From Eledone cirrhosa (lineage: Eukaryota), in assembly GCA_964016885.1 (NCBI GenBank), contig OZ024764.1:9548001-9612000 (forward strand): DNA of 64,000 nt, read 5' to 3'. Position 1 is the stretch's first letter; each line of letters starts with the position of its first letter. The position numbers and the translations under genes are program-made. Shown here one piece after another: positions 27,511-41,562 of this stretch. The notes below the pieces were generated by a model. It did not search any database. It was not told the origin of the DNA and saw nothing but the letters and a program-made list of their open reading frames with translations.

Positions 27511-27845
27511 TGGCTTAGTGGTTAGAGCATTGGCCTTGCTATCGAAAGGTTGTGAGTTCAATTCTCAGACCGGGTGATGTGTTGTTTCCTTGAGCAAGAC
27601 ACTTTATTTCACATTGCTCCAGTTTACTAAGCTGTAGAAATGAGATGATAGGGACTGGGGTCCATATCATTCCACTGCAAAGTGGTCGTGCAGGTGACAC
27701 GGCAAAAAAGCACCCAGCACTCACTGTAAATGAGGTTGGTGTTAGGAAGGGCATCCAGCTGTAGAAATCAAGCCAGAATCAGTTCCCGTCCCACCCTTGC
27801 AAGCAGGGAAAAGTGGACGTAAAATGAAATGATGATGATGAAAAT
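27511..27845 (+). mobile_element. SINE family B
   Basis: Matches the family B consensus. Confidence 0.9.
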
Positions 27846-27855
27846 GATATATATA

Positions 27856-28105
27856 AATCAGGAAAGAAGAGTGACACGGTTTGCTATACAAAAAAGGTTT
27901 TTAATTCTCACAAGCTCTGATGAATTGATTGGTTATAACTTTGTATTGGTGATCGAGTAACGTGAAAACAGGCGTGTAGCGATCTCTAGACCTACCAGTT
28001 CAGAGAAACAATTGTCAGCAATGAGACTATAAACCTTTTTTGTATAGCAAACCGTGTCACTCTTCTTTCCTGATTTATTATTACTCCAAGTGTTTTCAAC
28101 ATAGG
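27856..28105 (+). mobile_element. PLE-like remnant: inverted termini enclosing a hammerhead-like motif with long stem II
   Basis: 27856-27900 is the reverse complement of 28031-28076. Motif gct CTGATGA ...80 nt... GAAA caattg TC agc at 27914-28019. Confidence 0.6.
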
Positions 28106-28107
28106 AA

Positions 28108-28950
28108 TGGTGGTAATGGTGGTGGTGGTGGTGTGTGGTGGTGGTGGTGGTGGTGGTGGTGGTGGTGGTGGTGGTGGTGATGGTGGTAGTGGTGGTGGTG
28201 ATGTGATGGTGGTGGTGGTGGTGGTGGTGGTGGTGTGGTGGTGGCGGTGGTGGTGGTGATGGTGGTGATGAGATGGTGGTGGTGGTAGTGGTGGTAGTGG
28301 TGGTGATGGTGGTGGTGGTAGTGGTGGTAGTGGTGGTGATGGTGGTGATGTGGTGGTGATGTGATGGTGGTGATGTGGTGGTGGTGATGGTGGTGGTGGT
28401 GGTGGTGATGTGGTGGTGGTGGTGGTGGTGGTGGTGGTGGTGATGTGGTGGTGGGGGTGGTGGTGGTGGTGGTGGTGGTGGTGGTGGTGGTGGTGGTGGT
28501 GGTGATGTGATGGTGGTGGTGGTAGTGGTGGTGATGGTGGTGATGTGGTGGTGATGTGATGGTCGTGGTGTGGTGGTGGTGGTGGTGATGTGATGGTGGT
28601 GGTGGTGGTAGTGATGTGATGGTGGTAGTGGTGGTGGTGGTGGTGGTGGTGATGTGGTGGTGGTGGTGGTGATGGTGGTGGTAGTGGTGGTGGTGGTGGT
28701 GATGTGATGGTGGTGGTGGTAGTGGTGGTGGTGATGTGATGGTGGTGGTGGTGGTGGTGGTGATGTAGTGGTGGTGGTGGTGGTGGTGGTGGTGATGGTG
28801 GTGGTGGTGATGTGGTGGTGGTGGTGGTGGTGGTGGTGGTGGTGGTGGTGATGTGATGGTGGTGGTGGTGATGGTGGTGATGGTGATGGTGGTGGTGGTG
28901 GTGGTGGTGGTGGTGGTGTTGGTGTGGTGGTGGTGGTGGTGGTGGTGGTA
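28108..28950. repeat. (GGT)n/GATGT degenerate array
   Basis: Read directly. Confidence 0.95.
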
Positions 28951-29011
28951 TATACATACAAACATTTCCGTGCTCACACAATATTACCGCCAAAACCACA
29001 CGCTGCATCTA

Positions 29012-29044
<33 letters not shown>

Positions 29045-29573
29045 AATCTCTCTCTCTCTCTCTCTATCATTCTCTCTCTCTCTCTATCTATCTATCAATC
29101 TCTCTCTCTCTCTCTATCATTCTCTCTCTCTATATATCTATCAATCTCTCTCTCTCTCTCTATCTATCAATCTCTCTCTCCCTCTATATATATATCTATC
29201 AATCTCTCTCTCCCTCTATATATATCTATCAATATCTCTCTCCCTCTATATATATCTATCAATCTCTCTCTCCCTCTATATATATATCTATCAATCTCTC
29301 TCTCCCTCTATATATATATCTATCAATCTCTCTCTCCCTCTATATATATCTATCAATCTCTCTCTCCCTCTATATATATCTATCAATCTCTCTCTCCCTC
29401 TATATATATATCTATCAATCTCTCTCTCCCTCTATATATATATCTATCAATCTCTCTCTCCCTCTAAATATATCTATCAATCTCTCTCTCTTACTCCCTT
29501 CCTTTCACTCTCTTGCTCTTTTTCACTGTCTGTCTCTCATTCTCTCTTTATATATATATATACACACACACAC

Positions 29574-29660
<87 letters not shown>

Positions 29661-29699
29661 CACACACTCACACATATATATATATACACACACACACAC

Positions 29700-29730
<31 letters not shown>

Positions 29731-29955
29731 TATATATATACACGCACACACACACATATATATATATATATATACATATACACACACACACATATATATA
29801 TATATATACATATACACACACACACATATATATATATACATACACACACACATATATATATATATATACACGCACACACACATATATACATACATACACA
29901 CACACACAAACATATATATATATATACACACACACACAAACATATATATATACAT

Positions 29956-29986
<31 letters not shown>

Positions 29987-29994
29987 CACACGCA

Positions 29995-30041
<47 letters not shown>

Positions 30042-30129
30042 GTACATTAGTAGAGTATAGGTATATTTCATTTTATCATAAGTAGTGTGTATATATACAT
30101 ACATACCCCATATATATATATGGTGTATA

Positions 30130-30510
30130 AGACCCGACCCCCCCCCCCCCACGGGTACAAGCCGAAGCTGAAGCATATAGACAATATGCCCCCACCGCCT
30201 CCCACTGTAAAGTGGACGTGGTGGTACCACGGAAAAAAAAGCACCCAGCACTCACTGTAAATGAGGTTGGTGTTAGGAAGGGCATCCAACTGTAGAAATC
30301 AAGCCAGAATCAGTTCCCGTATGAGCAAGCGGACACTGCCCACAACAGGACAACCCGTCTAACCCATGCTAGCGTGGAAGAATTAGCCATCGAAACGGCT
30401 TGAGCTCAGCCGTCGGGGTCCTACTCGTTCCTATTATCCACTCTACTACCCTAAGTATTGAGTACTTTGGTGCGTTATGGTCCATTTGGTTCCTTACCAC
30501 ATTTCCTTCG

Positions 30511-30559
<49 letters not shown>

Positions 30560-31136
30560 AGGTTAGAGCATTGACCTTGCAATCGAAATGTTGTGAGTTC
30601 AATTCTCAGACCGGGTGATGTGTTGTTTCCTTCAGCAAGACACTTTATTTCACATTGCTCCAGTTTACTCAGCTGTAGAAATGAGATGATAGGGACCGGG
30701 GTCCCTATCATTCCACTGCAAAGTGGTCGTGGAGGTGTCACGGAAAAAAGGCACGCAGCACTCACTGTAAATGAGGTTGGTGTTAGGAAGGGCATCCAGC
30801 TGTAGAAATCAAGCCAGAATCAGTTCCCGTAGGAGCTGAGCAAGACAAGGTCAGCCGACCGGACACTGCCCACAACAGGACAACCCGTCTAACCCTTGCT
30901 AGCGGGGAAGAACGGACGTAAAACGGTGATGATGATGATATATATATATATGGTCCACACTGTAAATCTGGTTGGTGTTAGGAAGGGCATCCAGCTGTAG
31001 AAAACCTGCCAGATAGTCCTATACGAGCGAGACATGGTCACCCGACCAATCTTGCCTCAAGAGGGACAACTCCCATCTAACCCATGCTAGCGGGGAAGAT
31101 GGACGTTAAACAATGATGATGATGATGATGATGATG
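30130..31136 (+). mobile_element. Cluster: SINE-body/RTE-tail element (30130-30380), P1 arm (30380-30513), SINE B (30557-30938), RTE UTR fragment (30953-31136)
   Basis: Each part matches a family defined elsewhere in the window. Confidence 0.8.
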
Positions 31137-31638
31137 GTAGTATAAAGTGAGACTTCCTCATACATAGAAAAGACTGTGAAAGCAACTACGTATTAGATCA
31201 GTATACAGCCTAGCTAACTTAATCAATGTCATATAGTAAAACTATAGAACAGCAGTACTATGGAACTAGAATACAATAGTACTACAGTGCTATAGAAATA
31301 TAGTACTACAGTACTATAGAAATATAGGGCTGTAGGACAATAGAAATATAGGGAAATGTAGGACAATAGAAATATAGGGTTGTAGTACTATAGAATTATG
31401 TATGTATTTTGCTGGTTTTAGTTATTAGACAGTGGCCATACTGGGGCCACTGTCATAACAGTTTTATTACCATATTTCTAATGAAAGACACTGTTGATGT
31501 TTGGAACATAACTTAACAAAGGTTCTTACATAAAATTATGATGGAAGGTTTTTAGATAAATATAAACACTCTTAAAAAATCAATTTTTTATCAAGGAACC
31601 ACGGGTGGTTTCAGATGGTTTGGTATCAAAAGGGTTAA

Positions 31639-32362
31639 CCCTATAGCATTTAAACCAGCAATATCCGTCCAGAACTTTCTCAGGTCTTTCTGTTCAAACA
31701 GGCTGTAATCAGCAGTGCATACCTATGTTAAGGTATTGTTCTCAAAAGAAATAATATCAAAATCTCATAGATTCAATATTATGTGAGATATTATGTAGGG
31801 TAAAGCCTTTACCGTGAAAATACAATAGTATATATAGAGTAATGTAAATGTTATGTGAGATATTATGTGAGGTAAAGCCTTTACTGTGAAAATACAATAG
31901 TATATATAGAGTAATGTAAATGTTATGTGAGATATTATGTGAGGTAAAGCCTTTACTGTGAAAATACAATAGTATATATAGAGTAATGTAAATGTTATGT
32001 GAGATATTATGTGAGGTAAAGCCTTTACTGTGAAAATACAATAGTATATATAGAGTAATGTAAATGTTATGTGAGATATTATGTGAGGTAAAGCCTTTAC
32101 TGTGAAAATACAATAGTATATATAGAGTAATGTAAATGTTATGTGAGATATTATGTGAGGTAAAGCCTTTACTGTGAAAATACAATAGTATATATAGAGT
32201 AATGTAAATGTTATGGGAGATATTATGTAAGGTAGAGCCTTTACTGTGAAAATACAATAGTATATATAGAATAATGTAAATGTTATGTGAGATATTATGT
32301 AAGGTAAAGCCTTTACTGTGAAAATACAATAGTATATATAGAGTAATGTAAATGCTAAAGAG
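31639..32362. mobile_element. piggyBac-type MITE with an internal 72-bp tandem array (~8 copies, 31779-32354)
   Basis: TTAA at 31635-38 and 32363-66, TIR ccctatagcattta/taaatgctaaagag, inverted homologue of 18131-18349. Confidence 0.82.
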
Positions 32363-32752
32363 TTAAGGTAGTACTTGGAACATAACTTAACAAAGGTTCT
32401 TATCTAAAATTATGATGGAAAGTATTTATTTATTAGATAAATATAAACAATTTAAAACAAAATATTTTACTTTGTCATGAAAACTCTGACAGTTTCGGGC
32501 AGTTTTGGCTTTGAAGGGGTAAAAATCGATGTTTGGAACATAACTTAACAAAGGTTGAAGAAGGTCAATCAATATTTGTTATAATGGAACAATTTTCTGT
32601 GATGTCTTGTCAAGATGACAGAGATAAGATGTTATAAACATACATAAAAACAACAGACTGAGAAAGTTTGTGTCTTGCCAACTACAACAATAACTACTAC
32701 TACTACTACTACTACTACTACCACTACTACTACTACTACTACTACCACTACC

Positions 32753-32787
<35 letters not shown>

Positions 32788-32845
32788 CACTACTACCACC
32801 ACCACCACTACTACTACTACCACTACCACCACCACTAATACAACA

Positions 32846-32877
<32 letters not shown>

Positions 32878-33297
32878 TACTACCACTACTACTACTACTA
32901 CCACTACTACAGCTACAACAACAACAACACCACGACCACAACAACAACCACAACCAACAACCAAAACAATAACAACATCAGCAGCAGCACCACCACCATA
33001 ACAACTACTACAACAACAACAACAATAACACAACAACACCACCACTACAACCGCAACAACAACAACAGCAGCAGCAACAACTACAACAACAACATCAGCA
33101 ATAACAACAATAACAACCACAATAACAACCATTCATGATATCCCCCCCTCCATACACACACATGTGTACATACACGCACACATGTGTATATCATGACTCA
33201 TACACTGTTCACTTTCCTGACATTTGTACATTATTCTATGTACTATACATGCACCTTTGATGAGTTGTGGTGCACCTGAGCACTGTACACAATAATT

Positions 33298-33557
33298 TCC
33301 TTCCCAACATTTTGTTGAAAGATGGGTGAGAGAGGCAAGAATGGCCCGAGTGAATGGACCTACTCTGAGTATGTGCCTGTAAATTGAAGGTGGAAAACTG
33401 GGAGAGGACATATGCCCTGGTGGTCAGGGTCACCGTGGCTTTTTATTAATGGGCTTTCTCCACGATGGCCCTCGGAAGTCTCCCCCCCATTGGAGAATCT
33501 TTCATTGTTCCTTTTTTTGTTACATCCTCTGTTTTTTTTACACGCAGAAATGCCCAT
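33298..33557 (+). mobile_element. Possible L1/Tx1-like LINE 3' end
   Basis: Frame reads PSQHFVERWVREARMARVNGPTLSMCL*, followed by a UTR that appears to resume after the satellite with aataaa and an A-run at 35846. Family assignment is from recollection only. Confidence 0.4.
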
Positions 33558-35812
33558 TTGTACTGTCCTGTATTGTCCTGTAATGTCCTGTATTGTCCTG
33601 TACCATCCTGTATTGTCCTGTACTGTCCTGTACTGTCCTGTCCTGCATTGTCCTGTACTGTCCTGTATTGTCCTGTATTGTCCTGTAATGTCCTGTATTG
33701 TCCTGTACTGTCCTGTACCGTCCTGTATTGTCCTGTATTGTCCTGTATTGTCCTGTACTGTCCTGTACTGTATTGTCCTGTAGTGTCCTGTATTTCCTGT
33801 ATTGTCCTGTACTGTCCTGTATTGACCTGTACTGTCCTGTATTTCCTGTATTGTCCTGTATTGCCCTGTAATGTCCTGTATTGTCCTGTACTGTCCTGTA
33901 TTGTCCTGTACTGTCCTGTATTGTCTTGAATTGTCCTGTACTGTCCTGTACTGTCCTGTATTGTTCTGTACTGTCCTGTATTTCCTGTATTGTCCTGTAC
34001 TGTCCTGTATTGTCCTGTATTTCCTGTATTGTCCTGTACTGTCCTGTATTGTCCTGTACTGTCCTGTATTGTCCTGTATTGTCCTGTAATGTCCTGTATT
34101 GTCCTGTACTGTCCTGTACTGTCCTGTATTGTCCTGTACTGTCCTGTATTGTCCTGTACTGTCCTGTATTGTCCTGTACTGTCCTGTATTGTCCTGTACT
34201 GTCCTGTATTGTCCTGTATTGTCCTGTATTGTCCTGTATTGTCCTGTACTGTCCTGTATGTCCTGTATTGTCCTGCACTGTCCTGTATTGTCCTGTATTG
34301 TCCTGTACTGTCCTGTATTGTCTTGTATTGTCCTGTACTGTCCTGTATTGTCCTGTACTGTCCTGTATGTCCTGTATTGTCCTGCACTGTACTGTCCTGT
34401 ACTGTCCTGTATGTCCTGCACTGTCCTGTATTGTCCTGTATTGTCCCGTACTGTCCTGTACTGTCCTGTACTGTCCTGTATTGTCCTGTATTGTCCTGTA
34501 TTGCCCTGTAATGTCCTGTATTGTCCTGTACTGTCCTGTATTGTCCTGTACTGTCCTGTACTGTCCTGCACTGTCCTGTACTGTCCTGTACTGTCCTGTA
34601 CTGTCCTGTATTTCCTGTATTGTCCTGTACTGTCCTGTATTGACCTGTACTGTCCTGTATTTCCTGTATTGTCCTGTATTGCCCTGTAATGTCCTGTATT
34701 GTCCTGTACTGTCCTGTATTGTCCTGTACTGTCCTGTATTGTCTTGAATTGTCCTGTACTGTCCTGTATTGTCCTGTATTTCCTGTATTGTCCTGTACTG
34801 TCCTGTATTGTCCTGTATTGTCCTGTACTGTCCTGTATTGTCCTGTACTGTCCTGTACTGTCCTGTATTGTCCTGTACTGTCCTGTATTTCCTGTATTGT
34901 CCTGTACTGTCCTGTATTGTCCTGTACTATCCTGTACTGTCCTGTATTGTCCTGTATTGTCCTGTACTGTCCTGTACTGTCCTGTATTGTCCTGTACTGT
35001 CCTGTATTGTCCTGTATTGTCCTGTACTGTCCTGTATTGTCCTGTACTGTCCTGTATTGTCCTGTACTGTCCTGTATTTCCTGTATTGTCCTGTATTGTC
35101 CTGTATTGTCCTGTACTGTCCTGTACTGTCCTGTATGTCCTGTATTGTCCTGCACTGTCCTGTATTGTCCTGTATTGTCCTGTATGTCCTGTATTGTCCT
35201 GTACTGTCCTGTATTGTCTTGTATTGTCCTGTACTGTCCTGTATTGTCCTGTACTGTCTTGTATGTCCTGTATTGTCCTGCACTGTACTGTCCTGTACTG
35301 TCCTGTATGTCCTGCACTGTCCTGTATTGTCCTGTATTGTCCCGTACTGTCCTGTACTGTCCTGTACTGTCCTGTATTGTCCTGTATTGTCCTGTATTGC
35401 CCTGTAATGTCTTGTACTGTCCTGTATTGTCCTGTACTGTCCTGTACTGTCCTGTACTGTCCTGTACTGTCCTGTACTGTCCTGTACTGTCCTGTATTGT
35501 CCTGTATTGTCCTGTATTGTCCTGTACTGTCCTGTATTGTCCTGTACTGTCCTGTACTGTCCTGTATTGTCCTGTATTGTCCTGTACTGTCCTGTACTGT
35601 CCTGTATTGTCCTGTACTGTCCTGTACTGTCCTGTATTGTCCTGTATTGTCCTGTACTGTCCTGTATTGTCCTGTATTGTCCTGTACTGTCCTGTACTGT
35701 CCTGTACTGTCCTGTATTGTCCTGTATTGTCCTGTACTGTCCTGTACTGTCCTGTATTGTCCTGTATTGTCCTGTATTGCCCTGTAATGTCCTGTACTGT
35801 CCTGTACTGTCC
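33558..35812. repeat. 10-bp satellite (tgtcctgtay)n, ~2.25 kb
   Basis: Read directly. Variant blocks (attgccctgtaatgtc, gtcttgaatt, gacctg) recur, indicating block duplications. Confidence 0.97.
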
Positions 35813-35879
35813 TTAATATCTTACTTTGTGTAAACCCTTGTGGTTAATAAAAAAAGCATTATTATTATTATTATTATTA

Positions 35880-37110
35880 TCACCACCACCACTACAACAC
35901 AACAACTACAACAACAATAACACCACCACCACCACCACCACCACCACAACAACAACAACACCACTACCACAACAACAACACCACTACAATAATAACAACA
36001 ACAACAATAACAACACTACAACCACCACTACCACCACCACAACAACAACAACAACACCACTACCACCACCACCACAACAATAACAACAACAACACCACCA
36101 CCACCACATCAACAACAACAACACCACTACCACCACTACCACAACAACAACAACAACAGCACCACATGAACAACAACAACACCACTACCACCACCACCAC
36201 AACAATAACAACAGCACCACATCAACAACACCACCACCACCACCACCACTACCACGACAACAACAACAACAACAGCACCACATGAACAACAACAACACCA
36301 CAACCACCACTACTACCACCACCACTACCACCACTACCACGACAACAACAACAACACCACATGAACAACAACACCACCACCACCACCACCACCACTACCA
36401 CGACAACAACAACAACACCACAACCACCACCACCACCACCACCACCACGACAACAACAACAACAGCACCACAACCACCACTACCACCACCACCACTACAA
36501 CAACAACAACAACACCACCACCACCACTACCACTACAACAACAACAACAACAACAACACCACAACCACCACCACCACTACCACGACAACAACAACAACAA
36601 CAACAACAGCACCACATGAACAACAACAACAACACCACAACCACCACCCCCACCACCACGACAACAACAACAACAACAACAACAGCACCACATGAACAAC
36701 AACAACACCACAACCACCACCACCACTACCACCACCACCACAACAACAGCAGCACCACCACGACAACAACAACAACAACAGCACCACATCAACAATAACA
36801 ACACCACCAACACCACCACTACCACCACAACCACCACCACCACCACTACCACCACCACAACAACAACAGCACCACATCAACAATAACAACACCACCAACA
36901 CCACCACTACCACCACCACAACAACAACAACTACAGCACCACATCAACAATAACAACACCACCAACACCACCACTACAACACCACCACCACCACCACCAC
37001 CACCACCACAACAACAACAACAGCACCACATCAACAATAACACCACCACCACCACTACAACAGCAGTACCACCACGACAACTACAACAATAACAACAACT
37101 ACAACACCAG
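35880..37110. repeat. CAA/CAC degenerate array
   Basis: Read directly. Confidence 0.93.
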
Positions 37111-37289
37111 CACCAGGGTGGTACCTAAACAGCTACCACAGTGTAGTACTGGTTGAGGTGGGGTGGGTTACAACATACAGTGACCCATCCACAGCAGGGT
37201 AGTGTACAGACACAGGGTCCCTAGGGTCGTACAGTAGGTCATTGTATAAACACAGCCCATGGGGGGGGGGGGCTTAGAGGGACTGTCCC

Positions 37290-38370
37290 AGGAGTGAGTA
37301 GAGAAATAGTCCCAGGAGGAGGTAGGGAAATAGTTACTATAGTGTACAAATACAGCCCCTGGGGGCAGGGAAATAGTTACTATAGTGTACAAATACAGTC
37401 CCTGGGGTAGAGAAATAGTCCCAGCAGGAGGTAGAGAAATAGTTACTATAGTGTACAAATACAGCCCCTGGGGGTAGGGAAATAGTTACTATAGTGTACA
37501 AATACAGCCCCTGGGGGTAGGGAAATAGTTACTATAGTGTACAAATACAGCCCCTGGGGGTAGGGAAATAGTTACTATAGTGTACAAATACAGTCCCTGG
37601 GGTAGAGAAATAGTTACTATAGTGTACAAATACAGCCCCTGGGGGTAGGGAAATAGTTACTATAGTGTAAAAATACAGTCCCTGGGGTAGAAAAATAGTC
37701 CCAGGAGGGGGTAGGGAAATAGTTACTATAGTGTACAAATACAGTCCCTGGGGTAGAGAAATAGTTACTATAGTGTACAAATACAGTCCCTGGGGTAGAA
37801 AAATAGTCCCAGGAGGGGGTAGGGAAATAGTTACTATAGTGTACAAATACAGTCCCTGGGGTAGAGAAATAGTTACTATAGTGTACAAATACAGTCCCTG
37901 GGGTAGAAAAATAGTCCCAGGAGGAGGTAGAGAAATAGTTACTATAGTGTAAAAATACAGTCCCTGGGGTAGAGAAATAGTTACTATAGTGTACAAATAC
38001 AGCCCCTGGGGGTAGGGAAATAGTTACTATAGTGTACAAATACAGCCCCTGGGGTAGGGAAATAGTTACTATAGTGTACAAATACAGCCCCTGGGGGTAG
38101 AGAGATAGTCCCAGAGTGGTAGAGAAGGAGTGACCAATTGTAGTGTAGAAACATAGCCCCAGGGCGGTAGAGAAGGAGTCCCAGGGGTGTAGAGAAGGAG
38201 TGACCAACTGTAGTATAGAACACAGTCCCAGGAGGGTACAGAAAAAGCCCCAGGGTGATACAGTAATATACATTATAGTCCCAGGAGGGGGTGGAGGATA
38301 AGCCCCAGGAGGGTACAGTAATATACAATACAGTCCCAGGAGAGGAGGTGGAGAAGGAGCCCCAGGAGGG
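37290..38370. repeat. 42/43-bp minisatellite with interspersed 22-bp sub-units
   Basis: Unit gggggtagggaaatagttactatagtgtacaaatacagcccct, diverging at both edges. Confidence 0.9.
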
Positions 38371-38464
38371 GAGTAAAGATATTATGACTTACCGTGGTGT
38401 AGAGACAGCTAGTAATCCAACAGAGTCCGTCAGTTAGTAAGGCAGGGTAATATTGGCCAATGTG

Positions 38465-39760
38465 TAGTGTGGTGGTGGTGTAGTGGTGGTGGTGGTGATG
38501 GTGGTGTGGTGGTGGTGGTGGTGGTGGTGGTGATGGTGGTGGTGGTGGTGGTGGTGGTGGTGGTGGTGGTGGTGGTGGTGTAGTGGTTGTGGGGTGATGG
38601 TGGTGGTAGTGGTGGTGTAGTGGTTGTGGTGGTGGTGGTGGTGGTGGTGGTGGTGTAGTGGTGGTGGTGGTGGTGGTGGTGGTGGTGGTGTAGTGGTTGT
38701 GGTGGTGGTGGTGGTGGTGGTGGTGGTGGTGGTGTAGTGGTTGTGGTGGTGATGGTGGTGTGGTGGTGGTGGTGGTGGTGGTGGTGGTGGTGTGGTGGTG
38801 GTGGTGGTGGTGGTGGTGGTGGTGGTGGTGGTGGTGGTGTGGTGGTGGTGGTGGTGTAGTGGTTGTGGTGGTGGTGGTGGTGGTGGTGGTGTAGTGGTTG
38901 TGGTGGTGATGGTGGTGTGGTGGTGGTGGTGGTGGTGGTGGTGGTGGTGGTGGTGGTGGTGGTGGTGGTGGTGGTGGTGGTGATGGTGGTGGTGGTGGTG
39001 GTGGTGGTGGTGTGGTGGTGGTGGTGATGGTGGTGTGGTGGTGGTGGTGCGGTGTAGTGGTGGTGGTGGTGGTGTGGTTGTAGTGGTTGTGGTGGTGTGG
39101 TGGTGGTAGTGGTGGTGCGGTGTAGTGGTGGTGGTGGTGGTGTGGTTGTAGTGGTTGTGGTGGTGGTGGTGTGATGGTGGTGGTGGTGATGGTGGTGGTG
39201 GTGGTGTGATGGTGGTGGTGTAGTGGTTGTGGTGGTGATGGTGGTGGTGGTGGTGGTGCGGTGTAGTGGTGGTGGTGGTGGTGTGGTTGTAGTGGTTGTG
39301 GTGGTGGTGGTGTGATGGTGGTGGTGGTGATGGTGGTGGTGGTGGTGTGATGGTGGTGGTGTAGTGGTTGTGGTGGTGATGGTGGTGGTGGTGTGGTGTA
39401 GTGGTGGTGGATGTGGTGGTGATGGTGGTGGTTGTGGTGGTGATGGTGGAGGTGGTGTGGTGTGGTGGTTGTAGTGGTTGTAGTGGTTGTGGTGGTGGTG
39501 GTGTGATGGTGTTGGTGGTGTGTTGATGTGATGGTGGTGGTTGTTGTAGTGGTGTGGTGATGTGATGGTGGTGGTTGTGGTGGTGGCGGTGGTGTGTTGA
39601 TGTGATGGTGGTGGTGGTGGTGGTGTGTTGATGTGGTGATGATGGTGGTGGTGGTGGTGGTGTGTTGATGTGGTGATGGTGGTGGTGATCCTGGTGGTGG
39701 TGATGGTGGTGAGTTGATGTGATGGTGGTGGTGGTGGTGTGGTGATGTGATGGTGGTGGT
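38465..39760. repeat. Degenerate (GGT)n array
   Basis: Read directly. Confidence 0.95.
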
Positions 39761-40002
39761 TCAGTGGTTAGTAGTCAGAGAGAGAAATGTGCATACGAGT
39801 ATGTCTGTGTGTTTGTGTGTTTGTGTGTGTGTTAGTATGTGTTTGTATATGTGTGACTCCCTCTCTCTCTATGTGCGTGTGTGCACACGCGCATCTGTGT
39901 TTATGTGTGTGTATGTATGTATGTATGTGTGTATGTGTATATGTATGTGTGTAAGTATGTATGTATGTAAGTATGTATGTATGCGTGTATGTATGTATGC
40001 AT

Positions 40003-40057
40003 AAAATATATATACAATATATATATACTATATATACAATATATATATACTATATAT

Positions 40058-40101
<44 letters not shown>

Positions 40102-40782
40102 ATATACAATATATACACAATATACAAATATATATACAATATATATACAAATATATATACAAAATATATACAAATATATATACAATATATATACAAAATA
40201 TATACAAATATATACAAATATATATACAATATATATACAATATATATACAAATATATATACAATATATATACAAAATATATACAAATATATATACAAAAT
40301 ATATACAATATATATACAAATATATATACAATATATATACAAAATATATACAAATATATATACAATATATATACAATATATATACAAATATATATACAAT
40401 ATATATACAAAATATATACAAAATATATATACAATATATATACAAAATATATACAAAATATATACAATATATATATACAATATATATCTAATATATATAT
40501 ACAATATATATACAATATATATACAATATATATCTAATATATATATACAATATATATACAAAATATATACAAAATATATACAATATATATACAAAATATA
40601 TACAAAATATATACAAATATATATACAAAATATATACAAAATATATATATAATATATATACAATATATATACAAATATATACAATATATATCTAATATAT
40701 ATATACAATATATATACAAAATATATACAAAATATATACAATATATATATAATATATATACAAAATATATACAAATATATAT
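40003..40782. repeat. (atatatacaa)n-type AT-rich satellite
   Basis: Read directly. Confidence 0.93.
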
Positions 40783-41029
40783 AGAGAGAACGTCAGAATG
40801 CTTGGAACAACGGAATGAGAGAATTGTGGGAATCTTGGTGTGGTGGTGATGGGGGTTTGGGGGGTTGGGGGGTTGGCGGGGGAGGTTGGCGGAGAGGGGG
40901 GGAGTCGTTAGAGGGATGGGATGGGGCTAGGTGGTATTGGTGTGGTGGGGGTTTGTGTGTGGCTTGCTGGTCATGCTTTGAGGCAGCTGATATTGCGTCT
41001 GTGTGTCTGTGTGTTTGTTTTTAAAATGT

Positions 41030-41261
41030 GTGTGTGTGTATATGTGTGTATTTATGTGTGTGTGTGTGTGTGTGCATGTGTGTGTGTGAGTATCTGTGTA
41101 TGTGTGCGTTTCTGAGCATGTGTGTGTGTGTGTGTGTGTGTGCATGTGTGTATCTATGTACTTGTGAGTTTCTGAGCATGTGTGTGTGTGTGTGTGCATG
41201 TTAGTGTGTGCCTGTGTGTGTGTGTGCATGTGTGTATCTGTGTATGTGTGCGTTTCTGAGC

Positions 41262-41296
<35 letters not shown>

Positions 41297-41417
41297 TGTG
41301 TGTATCTATGTATTTGTGAGTTTCTGAGCATGTGTGTGTGTGTGTGTGTGTGCATGTTAGTGTGTGCCTGTGTGTGTGTGTGCATGTGTGTATCTGTGTA
41401 TGTGTGCGTTTCTGAGC

Positions 41418-41459
<42 letters not shown>

Positions 41460-41529
41460 ATGTGTGTATCTATGTATGTGTGTGCCTGTGTGTGTGTGTG
41501 TGCATCTGTGTATGTGTGCGTTTCTGAGC

Positions 41530-41562
<33 letters not shown>

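Noticed and set aside
33446-35816. Long ORFs (up to 623 aa, QDNTGQYRT / VLYCPVLSC repeats)
   Set aside because: These are translations of a 10-bp satellite that is open in many frames on both strands.
38465-39760. Telomere-like G-rich array
   Set aside because: The unit is GGT, not TTAGGG, and similar arrays occur in both orientations across the window.
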